From Monocercomonoides exilis PA203 (taxonomy: Eukaryota; Protista; Preaxostyla), in assembly GCA_001643675.2 (NCBI GenBank), contig LSRY02000011.1:248001-312000 (forward strand): DNA of 64,000 bases, written 5' to 3'. The translations under genes and the position numbers were made by a program. This document shows, piece by piece, positions 15,201 to 29,400 of the stretch (positions are counted from its first letter, which is position 1; each line of letters begins with the position of its first letter). The notes under the pieces were generated by a model. It did not search any database, had not been told where the DNA came from, and saw only the letters and a list, made by a program, of their open reading frames with translations.

Positions 15201-17791
15201 GTCGGCAGGAGGAGTAGTACATCGAAGGAGACGTGGAGAAAAATAATGAAGAGTTGGTAGAACCTGACGAAGAACCTGTTAAAGGATCAGGATGTTGAGA
15301 CAAACGTGAAGAAGAGTTTGATGAAAGAGAAAGAGCAGAGTCTTCTTCCAGCATCTGCTTTAGCTTCTTTCGTATTTCTGCTTCCAAAGGCGAATGCGAA
15401 TGCTGACGAGGAGAAGTTAGCAGACGAGAATTCGATGGTTCTATTGAATCAGAATGTCCCTCTGGTTGAAGATTATCTTTTGACTTTGTCTGAAATTGCC
15501 TTTGAACATTGTTATTTTTTAATTGAATGTCTTCTTCTTCTGTTTCACTGTGCTTCCGCTTTGTCGCTTTTGAAGAATCTTCTTCAACAGATTCTGAAGT
15601 CGAAGAAGGTGACAACACAACCTGCTGATCATATTGAGGCAGATTTTCTTGTGTTTTGTCTGAGCATAATTCAACTTTGCTTCCATCACTTTCATTTGTC
15701 AAATCAATATCTTTGGATTCATTTTGTGTTTCAGTACACTTATTAGCATCACAACCTGCATTGTTTTTGTTTGTTTGATCTTCAACATTGTAAACATGAT
15801 TTTTGAATGCGATTGTTTTCATAGTTTCGTTCAATTCGCCTTTTTCTGAAGAAGATTCGTTGATATGGAGATTGTCCCTATCACTTGCATCTGCCAAATT
15901 CAATTGTCGATTTTCTTCAATTCCACTTTTTGTGCTTACATTTTCATCCTTTTCAATTTCCTCCATAATCTCACCTTCTTCTCCAATGACATCCATTGCA
16001 ATCTCTTCGTCTATATTAACAACAACACCTTCAACATCAACGGCATCTTCAGCTTCATCATCATCATCATCTTCTTCTTCAAGTTCACCCTCTTCTCCTT
16101 CCTCTTCTTCCTCTTCATCTTTCGGAGCTGGTGCGAACAAATCATCCACCTGAGACGCATCTATTGTTGTTGCGCTGTGTGAGAAATGCAATGAAATAGG
16201 AGCACAATCTGCTGCTGAACAACTCGTAGATGAGTCCATCTTCGTTTCTTGTGCATCATTTTTCACTTCTGTCAAATTTTCTTTGGAAGCATTTTCTTCT
16301 TTTTCACCGGAAGGCTCGTCAACTGCTTCTTTTGCTTCAGAACGCACAGCACATGGTTGCTTTATTTGCGATGAAGAAGACAAAGCAGAAGATGCTAATT
16401 GATCACTTTTCTCTGAGGTATTTCCAATTGTCTGTGCCATTTTTTGCTTGAATTGAGGAAATAAGTCTAATTTTGTTGTCCGAGATTTAACTTTGGTTTG
16501 TTCTGGTTGTGAAAAAGAAACGGATGCATCACGTTCATTTTCTAATATTTTTTCATCCAAAGAAGAATCTTTTGTGGAGTTTTGTTCAATGTTATTATCA
16601 GACTCAATTTCGCTCTCTTTCAATTCTCCAGATGGTATCGACTGCTCGTTGCTATTTACAGGCCCAATAGAAGTGTCAGAATTTCCTTCTTTTTCACAAA
16701 TTTCACTTGCACCGTTATTTTTCTGTTTCCCATTTACATGATTACGTTTCATCTTCTCTTTTTCTCTTCTCTCTTTCATTCTTCTTTTCCTGCTAACCCA
16801 CGAAAACCCGCACATTCTCTTCCTCTCTTTCCTCCTCTCTTCATACCTCCTATAAAGTCCTATGCCACCATCAAACAACATGTGCAATGACATCACATAA
16901 CACAGCTGCTCCACCTTCCCATCGCCAACAACATCTCCCACAGGACAAGCGGCATGCCCAAGTGCCTTCACTCCTGCCCACCGTATTTTCCCATCTTCAT
17001 CACGACAAGCCTCAATCCATCGAGGTAGCCAGCGCTGCCGCAGCGCAGCATTTGATTGCGCCATTCTTCCTGTGCCAATCAGCAGGCCCCATAGATTGCT
17101 GTTGTATGTCCGAGGATTCTGCAAACGAATTACAAACAAAAGGCACAAATAGAGATAAAAATATTTAAACATTATTCAATATAGATAATAATACTCGATA
17201 AAATCTCTCGAAAATGGGTTCAATATCGCACTGAAGCGAAGGATACATTCTTCCTAAATTATTCATAATTCACATTCAGAATAAAAAAAATCACAAAAAA
17301 TAGTTACCAATTCTACTTAAAGCACAAAAGCACGCTTTACGCACATATTGACTCGTTTCATGCTCTCGATCACACATCTTTCAACAAACATTGAAATTTA
17401 AAAATAAACTTATTTAATCCTTTTAAGACCACAAAAAAGATAACACACAAAAGTTAACAATTTTAATGACGGAGAAATAAGCGATTTATTAGAATATGTG
17501 AGAATAGCTAAACTTCTAACAGCATATCGCCTTGGATGTGAACGATATTTTTCGTGATTTTGAATCACTTCTAATAAATATTTTATAACACATTCAGTTG
17601 AAATAGAACTTGAACAACCGGCAAGACATGTTATCCCTTGAACAGCTTGCCGAATAACACTGATCGTAATTTAAACAAAATGAAAAACTATTAACAATTC
17701 TTTCTTTTGCTAACCGATAATCTAAAGGAGGATTTTCAATAATATTACAACAAAACGAAAATGCATCTATTCTTTTCTTTTCTAAATCCAT
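12226..17791 (-). CDS. Large HEAT/ARM-like repeat protein with long disordered insertions and an S/P/Q/Y-rich C-terminus; function unknown
   Basis: Terminal exon of about 4.9 kb with HEAT-like helices (IRWAGVKALG, VQYGAAQALSLL, VKVSVILTYGKL, VAEPAMYALVDF). Short upstream exons run to a probable ATG at 17791. Confidence 0.7.
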
Positions 17792-17865
17792 TAATTTTAA
17801 AATATATATTCAGTTTAACTTAAAATCACTTGATAAAGATAAACACTCTCATTCACTTAGGGGGC

Positions 17866-20477
17866 ATGATCACTTTGATAATTTTATTTCATGTCACGCA
17901 CTTTATCATTGAGTAATAATGCTGCAGATATAGCAAAATTATCATGGAAAAATGATGGATTTTTGTATTTTGGAGCTATAATTGGACGAAATGAAACAGC
18001 TACAAAGCATACAGGATTAGGATTTCTTCCATTTAATCAAGGTTTGAAACGATTAATAATATATATTTAATTTCACATTCAAATCAATTGAAACAGATTA
18101 TTTATCACTTGCAGTTTTTGAAGAAATATTTGCACATGGAATTGAAAATGCAATAAAAAATATTGAACCTTCTATTCCAATTGGCCTAACCATTCAAGGA
18201 ATTTATTGCTTCATATCTGACAAACAAAAACTCGAGCAACATAAAGGAAATAAAGCATTTCAGGGAAATATCGCTCAAATGCTTATTTCTGCAATAACCA
18301 CATTTCATAAATTAAGGAAATCCGCTCCACAATCAGATGGTTTCTTTATCTGGGCAGGTTCAACGTTTGAAAGGTTTGTAAATTATTCAGTATCATCGAT
18401 TTATAGAGATATATTGCTTTTTAATGTTTTTTTCAGTTATTCAGGGATTCATGTCAAAATTGACACGGTGTGTGAATGTTTTTGAAAATTTTGAATAATA
18501 ACGAAAATTAAAGGCAAAAGCAACCCCAATCACAATTCAACAAATTCCTGCTGGTTCTCAATATGTACCAATAATTACTGTATTTCCTTTAACGGTTCCA
18601 TTTAACGGAAAAAATCCAACAGCAGGAAATATTTGCGAAGCTCTTGAGGTTGCAATTGATCAAGAACTGCCTCAAACGTTGTTGTTCCCCTTAGCACCAA
18701 CACCACAATCATCCAGCAGTAAAATAAATAACGACAGTCCGATTTCTTCACTTACAGTTTGATAGTACTTAAAAAAAATAAATTTTCTATATTCATGAAA
18801 CATGGAATATGATAATTATTTACAGACATCTCAGCAACCAGAGAGAGATGGAAAGAATTTAAGTCAACCATTACGCTTTCAATGCTTTGTTCCCCCAAGT
18901 TTGTAAATATGAACAATGAATACATATTATTGCTTCTTTCAACTGAAAAGTGAAATTATTTGTTTTCTTTATATTTAATTAACTGAATTTAAATTCAATT
19001 TCATTGCAATTATTATTCAATGGAAAACCTATCATTCTTATTATCTGTATTCCATATGTGTTATGCATCATTCCATGATTGCTTATATTGTTTCTAGTGT
19101 CTTATAACTCCGCAAAAAATTCGTCACAAGCAAAAGTTGCCACTTTCAGTATATTTGCTTCCACTATTTTAAACGGCAAACAACCAATTTCAGAAGCTAA
19201 AAAGGTATTGCTCTTTCTTAATTTTAATCAAAATTGAAATTTTTATTCTTGCTCTGAACTCAAATAAATGGACTTGTGATTAAATTGCTTTTCTTTTTTC
19301 ATTTTTTACCCCGATGTATTGTTTTCAAATTCTACATTTACGATTTGAACAATGCATAGCTTCTTATTGACAATCTTGCTCACTCAATGGAACATCGTCT
19401 CAGTTTAATAACAGCATCACATTCGGGTTTGCTTATCTATGATTGATATTAGATGTAATTTTTTCTTTCATGAATTAACACTGAAATATCGATAATTCCA
19501 AAATTATTTATTTATTACTGATTTTTGTATATACCACATATTCAAACACATTATACTTAACATTTGCAGATGTGATGCCTAATGATTACTTGCTCGTCCC
19601 AACCAACATTTTTGAATCAAAATCTGTTAATTTCTTTCCACCTTTAACTGTTTCAATATTTCCTTCTCAGCACAATATTTCAGTTTGCCATATAAAAATC
19701 TCAAAAAACAAATGATTTTTATATCCTTTTTTTATCAATTATTATTTACCATCTTTTTTTTCCTTAAATAAATATGTTCGTTCATTGCCTATTTTCATTG
19801 CTTTGCAGGAAGCTTTGTCTCGATACACAGGTGAGTTTGGTGAGATGAAAGTTCATGCCTCTTCTTCAGGACCCACAATAGTAACGTCAGATCAACTCAA
19901 GCTGATTTCTTTTGAATCTGTCCCAGCTTTTTCTTCTGGAAAAATTGAATGCAACGAAAAAGCAGTCGAAAAAAAAGGAGAGAAAAAAGTGAATTCAAAA
20001 CCTGTGACTATGTTGAACAAGTACGCAATGCCCCAACAAAACGAGGAAGACGATGAAGATGAAGACGAGGATGAAGATGAAGATGACGACGACGAAGAAG
20101 AAGAAGAGGAGGAAGAGAAGGAAGAAAAAGAAAAAAAGAAAGAAGATGAAGATGAAGATGAAGAGGGAGAAGATGATGATGATGAAAACGACGAAGATGA
20201 AGCAACATCCAAAAATAAGAATGAGGAATTAGAAGCATCAACAGTGAAGCAGCGACGTTCTGGAAAACAAAGCGAACCATCAAAAGGAGACACACAATCC
20301 TCAATAGCAAAAGAAAAGCCGAAAAAAAGTAAAATCGGAATAAGTTTGGATTTTTTATTGTTGAATTTTTTTGAATATCAATTTCCATCTATTTATTTCA
20401 TGATAGTTATTGGATCGATTTGCGCTGCCATCTGCGTATTTGGAGTTTCGTTTTATTTCATACAAAAACAAAATTGA
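17866..20477 (+). CDS. Multi-exon membrane protein of unknown function with an acidic stalk and C-terminal TM helix; start uncertain (17866 or 17891)
   Basis: Open exons between GT..AG introns (GFLYFGAIIGRNET; AVFEEIFAHGIENA; QIPAGSQYVPIITVFP), a D/E tract at 20040-20200 and TM IVIGSICAAICVFGVSFYFI before TGA. Confidence 0.65.
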
Positions 20478-20617
20478 AAAAAAAATTTTTTTTTTAATTG
20501 TTAGCAAAAATTTTACAATATGCTACATTAACCTTTGTATATATTGCTATATTCTATTAATTAAAATACATGTAAAGAATAAATAGCAGTTTTTTTCTCC
20601 CAATTTTTTTATTTGTG

Positions 20618-22793
20618 ATGTCCCAACCGATTCTTGGATTGAAAAGGGTGGAATTACCAGGGGATGCATCTGCTCCAAAGAACTTTTCAAGGGACTTTAA
20701 AGCATTTAAAGATTTTGAAGTACTGCCCTCAGTGAAACAAAAACGCAAAGAGATGGATGGTATGATTTTGGTATTACACAAATTTAACCATTAATGAATT
20801 GATATATCAGAGTACATGAGTCGTAAACCCATTGGATCAAGTGTGCTTTCATCATAATTTAAATTTTATATTTTATTTGTTGTCTTTTTGCAAAATATTT
20901 ATTTGAAATTATTTATTTTTTTAATTACGACATTGCAGAATCCGGTTGGGATTTTACAACAACAGTTAGATCATCTGCATACGATAAAGCACGTTCTAGA
21001 GAATTGTCTCGGGTATTTATTATTTTTATAAGTTCAAAATTAATCGAAAATTGATTTTTGGAAAAATTTTCTTTTTATCAAAGCATCAACCTCTTGAAAG
21101 AGACATAGAAATTAATTTGCATTCGCCACAGCCATTGAAAAGAAACCCCCTTGTCTTTGATCCAAAGCCCAGCAAATTTGCAGTTCCTGGATCATATTCA
21201 TCACTTGGACTTAGGGAAGATGACGAAGAGGTATACAATGTGATTAAGAGAAAATTTTCAATAACATCTAATCTATATTAATTTGTTTTGAAACATTTAT
21301 AGAAAGAAGAAATATTCACTCGTTCATTGCGTCCTGTTTCCACAATGACAGGATTTCACACTTTGCGTTCATTTCGAAGCCAAAGCACAAACCCAACAGT
21401 AAGAGAAAGATCATTTGGGAAACAATTCAACCAAGACTCTATCACATCACGATCGCAAAACGATGCAATTATCCCGAGCCGAATGCCTCTTCCAACATTG
21501 GCAGCACAAGTTGCATCATCTGGCGATGTTTCTCTTTCCAAAGTGCCTTTCGTTGCCAGATTCAAAACTCACTGCACAGCCTCAGACGATCCGGTGCCTG
21601 ATGTAGAGTGGAGCACATCGACTATGATAGACATGGAGGAGAGGAGAAGAATGGAAAAGGCGCTGAAAGAGAAAAGGATACGCTCAATGGAGAAAACGAA
21701 GAAGTATTTTGAAGGAGAGCGAGAAAGGATCGAAAAAGAAAGGGAAGAATGGAAGCAGCGCCAGGAAAGAATGAGAGGGCAAACAAATCGAACAGGTGCT
21801 CTGCGAATGGGATATTCGACACGAGGAGCAAGAGACATGAATTCTGGGAGCATTTCAGCGATGTCTGCATTCCCGCCTTCATCCACGAGGCGCAATGACA
21901 AATGGGGAGAAGAAGGATGGAATGACACAGGAACTGGGAAGCAGACAGGAGAATTTTACTTTTCTGGGCACGAAGGATGGGGAGAGAACGATGGCAGAAA
22001 CGAAGCGCTTTTAGGAACGCCGCAAACAATTCAAAGGAAGCGCAGGCCGACGCTGATGGAGAGAGAGAAGCAGTTTATGGAAGAGCAGAGGAAGATGATG
22101 GAAAAGAAGAAAGGGAAGTCTGGGATTTCGCCAGCTTCATTGTCAACGACAGGGAATGATCTTCTTCCGATGTCGGTGACAAGCAGAGGAGGAAGCACGA
22201 CGACAAGAAGAGAGCAGCAGAGGGAGATGGAGCAGCTGAAAGAGGAGCTGAAGCAGAGAGAGAAAGAATGGGAAGAGGAGATGAAGAAGAAGGATGTGGG
22301 GCTGATGGAGATGGAAGCAGAACGCAAAGCCATTTGGAAGGAGATGAGGGAAAGGGAGAGAAGGAGAAGAAGGAGAGAGGAGAAAGAACTGGCATATATG
22401 GAGGCATCTGGCATGATTGATGCTTCATTTGCCTCAACAAAGACTCGGCCGTGTGTTAAAGTCGAAAGATTTCACCCAGGAACTTACGTATGTCGAAGAT
22501 GCAATAGTTTTTATTTTCTTGTGAATTCACAAACATTATTTCAAAAATTTTGATACTTCAAACATGATTAAATATTTGTTTTTTTAATGTAATGAAACAT
22601 TTTAATCCTTTTTTCTCTTATTTTTTTTATCCATTTTCCTCTCCAAAATCACTCTCTATTTTTTCTATTTCAGGGTCCACTACCACTTCAGGAAGAGAAG
22701 GGATGGAGCTGCTGCATGGCCTCTTCGCCAGATGCGCCTGGCTGTGAGAAGGTTGTGAAGAGGAGCGACAAGTGGAGTCTGGAAGGAGTTTAA
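20618..22793 (+). CDS. Charged coiled-coil protein with a C-terminal Btk-type zinc-binding motif (multi-exon)
   Basis: ATG at 20618 (MSQPILGLKRVELPGD); main exon about 21303-22487. The spliced C-terminus reads RFHPGTY|GPLPLQEEKGWSCCMASSPDAPGCEKVVKRSDKWSLEGV, then TAA at 22791-22793. Confidence 0.7.
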
Positions 22794-23430
22794 GGGATTT
22801 CTTCTGCTCTCACATCAAATATGTACTGTTTCTATCAATGATTGCTCTTATCCTTCATTTTTTTTATTGTTGTTTTTGACTTGTTTCTCTGTGCTTTTTA
22901 TTAGTTTCTGAAAAGTTGATGCTTTTTCTATCAACTTTGAATGTTACAACATTTTTAGCTCGTCTTTATAATCCTTTCATTTGTTTGAAAAGCTTGAAAT
23001 TCATTTCTTCACCATATTTTAGTTGATATAATATTTATGTTCACGGCATCTCACTTCACATTTCTTGTTCATCTCATTTCTGTCATCTTATTGTTATCTA
23101 ATCCTGATAAATCATCTTTTCAACAATTCTACATACATTTAAAAAGTTCAATAGAACTCAGCGATACGTACCATTATTCATATGATAAGTCTTTACATTA
23201 GAAAAATTTTTATACAACAAAAAAATCAGAGCGAATTAATGTTAATTAAAGAGAAAAAAATGAAACAAGTTAATTATTAAAAAACAACAAAAATAGCAAA
23301 TAAGAAAGAAATCTCTTATTGTCAAGTGCACTTTATTGTTCTTTGAACAATTTATCCTTTGCAAAATAGAAAAAAGAAGTATTTCAGAAAAATTTCGATT
23401 TCCAGTTGATACCCATTATTATGTCATCAA

Positions 23431-26400
23431 ATGAACAGGAAAAAAATATCCAGAAAAAGAAAGAATGAAGAAAGAATCAAATCTGCTCTCGATGAAGCAA
23501 ATATAGAATTACTTCAAGAGTTGTATGAAGCTACTGTTGCAGAGTTACATGAAGCTCAGCAAGAGAACCGAAACTTACGAAAAAAACAAGCATTTCTTGA
23601 ATCTTTAAACAAAAATGACGATGAAAGACAAAACAACGGTATTAATATGTTTATTTATTTATAACTTTCGAAAAATTGTTAATATTATTTTCCTATTTTT
23701 TGAAAAATAAATTATTTAAATATTTCATTTTTCAATCATTTTTCATTTTCAGAAAAAGAACCTTATAAAAATGAAACTTCTAGCACGAATAAATCAAAAG
23801 AAGTGGACGATGATGAAAAATGTTTTAAAAGCTTTTTACAAATGAAAGATAAAAATGAACATGAAATGGAAAACGAAAGGAAAGAAAAGGAAAAGAATAT
23901 TTTTTCGGAAGAAAATCATGAAGATCTGAATAAAATAAAGCGTGAACTCGAACGTTGCTTCGAAAGCATTCAAACTGATAACGAAAACATTGAAGAAACT
24001 TCAATGGAACAGGAAGACTTAAAACAGCGTTTATTGCTTCAGATTCAACTTTTAAAAGAAGCAGAAGAGCGCCTTTATGCGCAAGAAGTTGAGCTTGCAA
24101 AGAGACAGAGAAACGTTGAAATGGAACGGATGCAACTCATTCAAGACAATAAGAATATTCAAATTTCTTTGCGAGAGCCGAACGAAGAAAAAATACTCGC
24201 AGAGAAATCAAGTCAGGAACTGAAAGGATCAAATGCTGAATATATTATAAACAATGAGAAATTGATGGAATGCGATCAAATGAGAGAAGAAGAAATTCGG
24301 ATCATAAAAGAGCAAAACAAAAATCTAATGGAAAATTATTTTAAACTTTCAGAGCAGAATAATGAGCTTCAAGCACAAAACATCAACTTGCAACAAGAAA
24401 ATAAAGAATTGACAGAAACTATCTTCAGACTAAGAACGGATTTCGAAAATGCGAATAAAGAAAATGAAGAATTGAAGGAAGAGGCAATCGAATCCGAAGC
24501 AATGATTATGGAAGAGAATGCAATGAAGTGGCAACTTCACGAAGAGGAGCTCAACAAACAAATAGCAAAAGAGGAAGAAACAGTTGAACTGTTGAAGAAA
24601 GAGAAAGAAGAACTTGCACAAACAGTCGACGAGCTGAAAAGCAGCTTCGCTTCCAGAATGAATGAGGAACGAGAGCAGCTGAAAGAGCAATTCAACCAGC
24701 AGCTGCGAAGTATTTACATTGAGAAAGAAGGAGAGATCAGACGGAAGTATCAGTCGACCATTCTGAAGCTGATGGAAGGCGAGAGGCAGAGCAAAGAGCA
24801 GCTGACGTCTGTTCTGCTGCTGTCTTCGTCTTCGATGAACAAGATGAACAACGACGTGAACACCATCTTCAATTCTATCTTGTGCGGACTGAACGAAGTG
24901 TTGCATTCTGTCTGCGAAGGAGAAGAGGAAGAGGAAGAGAAAGAGGAAGTTGAAGAAAAAGACAATGAAGAGAAAGACATTGGTGAAGGAAACAAGATTG
25001 CTGAAAGAAGAACACATTTAACCTCAAACAGTGACAAGCAACAAAACAGACAAAATGAATCGTTTGCGATGCTTCGAAGTTGGAACAACGGAGACTTTGA
25101 GGCGCTTGATAGCAGCTTTGCCCACACGTCGCAGTCGCCTTTGTCCACACGGAGCATTCTGTCTGCTGATTCACTGCGTCTCTCAGACGACTGGACAACA
25201 CACAGACACAATGCACAAAGTGCTTCTTCATCTGCATCAGCTTCTGCTTCTGCTTCAGCATCTGCTTCAGATTCATTGAACTCCACAGTGAGATCGCTTA
25301 CTGGAAAGAAAAACGGCGAAAACGGTGCTTTGACAGATTTCGAGTCGACAATCTCGTCACTCACTTCGATGCTGCCAACATTTGAGGACTTTTCCAGAAT
25401 TCGCCAGGGCGAAAAATCAGAGAAAGCGACTGATAATTCACTCATAACAAACAATGAAGAGAATTATTTGAATGGAAATACTGAAAACAATAACCAAAAT
25501 CAGATGCAAGATTCCTTTAATGCCAAACAGGAAGAAGATGTTTTAGCTTCTTCAATGACTTCTTCTGGCTTTAATACCGACAATTACTCAAATACGATGG
25601 ACATTCCAGAAACAGAAGAAGAAAAAAGTGAAGAATTGCAATCGGATTCCAAAGAAGATGCAATCAGTAAGGTTGACTCTCCCATCCAAGAATATGCGCC
25701 ACAAGAGTATTCTGAGCAGCGCATTGAACCAAACACAAAGGAAGTGCTGCGTCTAATTTCTGATGCTCTAAATGAGCTTCGAAGAGCCAGCGACAATCTT
25801 TCTGCAAACAAGGAATTGAACGACCTTTCCAACAGGCAGCAGGACATTCTGAGCGAACTCACACCAACATGTGCCATCTTTGCTGATTTCAATGAAATAT
25901 CCGATCTCTCTAAACCAACTTACGCTTCTACTTCTTCATCTTCCGCTTCTTCTTCTGCATCATCGTCTTCTTCACTTTCACCAGCCACCACACACCTTCA
26001 TTCAGATCAAATGCCTTCCATTTCACAATCACTTGCATCCTCCGAAGACAACACAACTCGTTCTGCTTTGTCTGTCTTTTCTTTCATTCGCACCACTTCA
26101 CAGTTCAACACGCCACAATCACAATCACATTTACATTCACATTCACATCTCCTTCCTTCACAAGCGCCTTCTTATTCACTTCGCCAGTCGCTTTCTGAGG
26201 TTGTCACGTCATTCAATCAGATTGCCCGTAGACTGAGAGAACGAGAAGAGTGCATCCACATGGCACACGAAGAGGCCGCAGGCAGAGAAAGAGCAGCATT
26301 TGAGGCGCATTCAAATGACAGGGAAGCAGAAGGCCAACAAAGAGAAGAGCAGAAAGAGAGAGATTTGATGAACAACGAAGAAGCAATCACTCGTTTGTGC

Positions 26401-29400
26401 ATCGAAAAGGAGCGTTTGCTGCAGCTGCAAAGGAAATATCAGGATGAAAGCAGACATGTTGTTGAACTCCATTCACAACTTATCAGAAACATCAGAAAGT
26501 TGCATGATGAAAGCGAAACAGAACGAAACTTGATGGAACAATCAGAAGATGCAAAAGCACTTTACGAGAATGGTAATTGTTTGAGTGATGATTTGTCAAC
26601 TGAAAACAAAGAAAAAGAAAAACCATCTGCCTCTGCCAGTTCTTCTGCTTCTTCTTCTTCTTCAGCTTCATCTTCTTCTGCTTCGTCATCATCACAGTCA
26701 TCCTCTCCATTGAGCGATCTGGCGCTGTTGGATTCGATTATGACAGGACTCTCATTTATTGCAGAGCAGCAGCAGACACTCGATGCTGATTTGATGCAGA
26801 TGAACGAACTGCTCGAGAGAAACACAGCTTCTTTGGAGGAGTATCAGCAGCGTGAAGCAGAAGGCCTTTCCTTCACTGCTAATTCATCAAGTCTTGGATC
26901 ACTTGGAAGAGATAAACATAACTCACTCTCCGAACTTCGGAATCTTATTGGCTCTCTCCAAAGTCACTTTGCTGATTCCAAAGAGGCAATCTCTTCTTTG
27001 TCAGCAGCCGCACAGTCAGCCAGAGAAGAATTATCAGCACTCTTTAAATTAATGCCAATGCAGCTGAAGGCACTCGAAGAAAATGTAAACAAAATGCTGC
27101 AATTGAACAACGAAGAAAAAGAGAAAATGCAGAAGGAGATGCAACAGACACTGGAAGACTACAAGGCGCAGATGGAGAAGCTGAAAAAGGAGGCAGAAGA
27201 AGCAGAAGCAAGAAAGCAGCAAGCAGAAGAGGAACTGTCAAAAGGCAGAGAGGAAGCACTTACGATTATGGAGAAGGTGAAAGTGGAGTGGCGAAGACGG
27301 AAATACGAGTTGGAGATGAGGCAGAAAGAGGTAGATCTGATGCTCGGAGGCAGCTCAAACGCTTCACAGCCAATGGCTCCTCAATCTGTCAGATTTGTGC
27401 CTGTGCAGACAACAACGACCACAACATACACAGCTCCCCCACCACCTCCTCCTCAACCTCAGCCAGCCCCGTCGATCCATCTGACAATAGACACTCCGCA
27501 ACAGTCCAACCAGCATTCACAAGTGAATGCTGTTCAGGATGCGACTCAGAGGTTTGTGGATGCACTGAACTCAGCAACTTCGCGTGTAATCAGCAATACA
27601 TCTGCTGCCAACTCAAGTCACAGCCCATCTCCTGCCCCGTCGCCTGTGCAATCTCCATCTCAATCAAGTGAGAATTCTTCATCCAAACAAGAAAAGACAA
27701 GCACCATGTCAAAAGTCAAGCAAAAGCTATCAAATGCTGCAAGCCATGCATCTTCTGCAATGAACGACTTTACTGAAAGGACAGGGATGAGCGAGCGAGA
27801 AATGGCACAGCAAGTGATTGATAACACAAGATTGGGCAAAGTGAAAGGAGTGAACAAGTTTATGGAAGCAACCGACAGAGCAATGGCAAAGAGAGAACAA
27901 TTGCATGGAAACACAGCAAATGCTCAGCAACAGCAGAGTGCATCGTTCCAGGAGATATCAGCAGAAGCGAGCACCACAAACGAGAATTACTTGAATCAGC
28001 ACCGCTGGATGAGTGACAGCGCATCACAGGAAGGCAAAAGTCTGGAGGAGCTTATTGGAGAAGAAGGAGACTCGATTGTGGATGAGATGGAGCGTGAAAG
28101 AGAGAGGGAGAGAGAAAGAGAAAGGGAATGGTACCGAAAGAGAGACGAAATGAGGGAAGAGGAAAGAAAGCAGGAGAGGATACAGACAAAGGAAAGGGAA
28201 GAGAAATGGCGCCTGGAAAGATTGGAAGCCGAAGAGAAGCTTTTGAATCTGACGAATGAGATGAAAGAGACGAGAAGGACAATCGATGACTTGACTGAGG
28301 ACAAGCAGCGTTTGACTAGACAGCTGGCACAAGCAGAGGCAGATCTGGCAGACATGAGGAGAAGAGAGGACGAGCGAACAAAGCAGCGGAACAGAGAAAG
28401 AGAAGAGGCAGAGAAGCGCATTCAGGAGGAGCGAGAGGGAAGAGAAAGAGAAAGGCAAAGATTTGAACAAGAGAGACAGGAGGAGAAAGAAGCGATTGAA
28501 AGGAGATGGCAAGAAAAGGAAGAGTTGAGGAAACAAGAGAGTTTAGAGGAGGAAAAACGACTTCAACAGCTGCTTGCCACTGAAAAAGAAGGAAGATTGA
28601 TTGAAAGAAAAGAGGCAGAAGAGAGAGAAAATGAGAGAAAGAGAAAGATGATGGAGTCTGAAGAAATCCAACGAAAAGAACGAGAAGAGTTTATTGAAGA
28701 AAAGAAGAACGAGTTGGCAAAGAAAGACGCAGAAATAGAAGCTGTGACCAGTCAGTTGCTGCAGCTTAGCTCAAAACACTCTGAACTGCTTCAGTTTATT
28801 GAAAAGGAGAAAATTGAACAGCAAAAGAAAGAGGATCAGGCAGCTAAGTCGATTCATCAGAGAGATTTCATTCTGGATGTGCTGACAGAAATGATGCAAA
28901 GCAAACAGAAAAGTGATTCTGCATCAGAACAAAGCAAAGCATCAGCTGAAAATGAAGGTGAAAGGAGCAAATGTGCGCTTTCACTCTCTCAACGCATTGG
29001 AGGAGCATTGAATGTTCTCAACTCGATCTATTCAAAAATATCACCGCCAGAAGAAGAGAAAGATTCTGAACAGAAAAACACATCTGATTCAGCTTCGGCA
29101 GAAGAGCAATTGGTTGACGATTCAATCAAACAGAAACTGCCAAGGATAATCAGCGGGGTGACACTACTGAAAGAGGAGGAAGAAAAACGAATGGCCGAAA
29201 GGATGGAAGAAAAGATGCGAAATGAAGTTGCGCAAACTCAAATGGGGATGCAATTTTCTGACGTTGCAGCGACAAATGAACGAATGTTTGAGCTTCTTGC
29301 TAATCTGAACGCAGAGAAAACAAAGTATGTTCAAAGGTTGATAGGATTTAAGGAAATATTCGGAAGATCTGAAAGCAATAAAGAAAGTGAAGTTGCTCAA

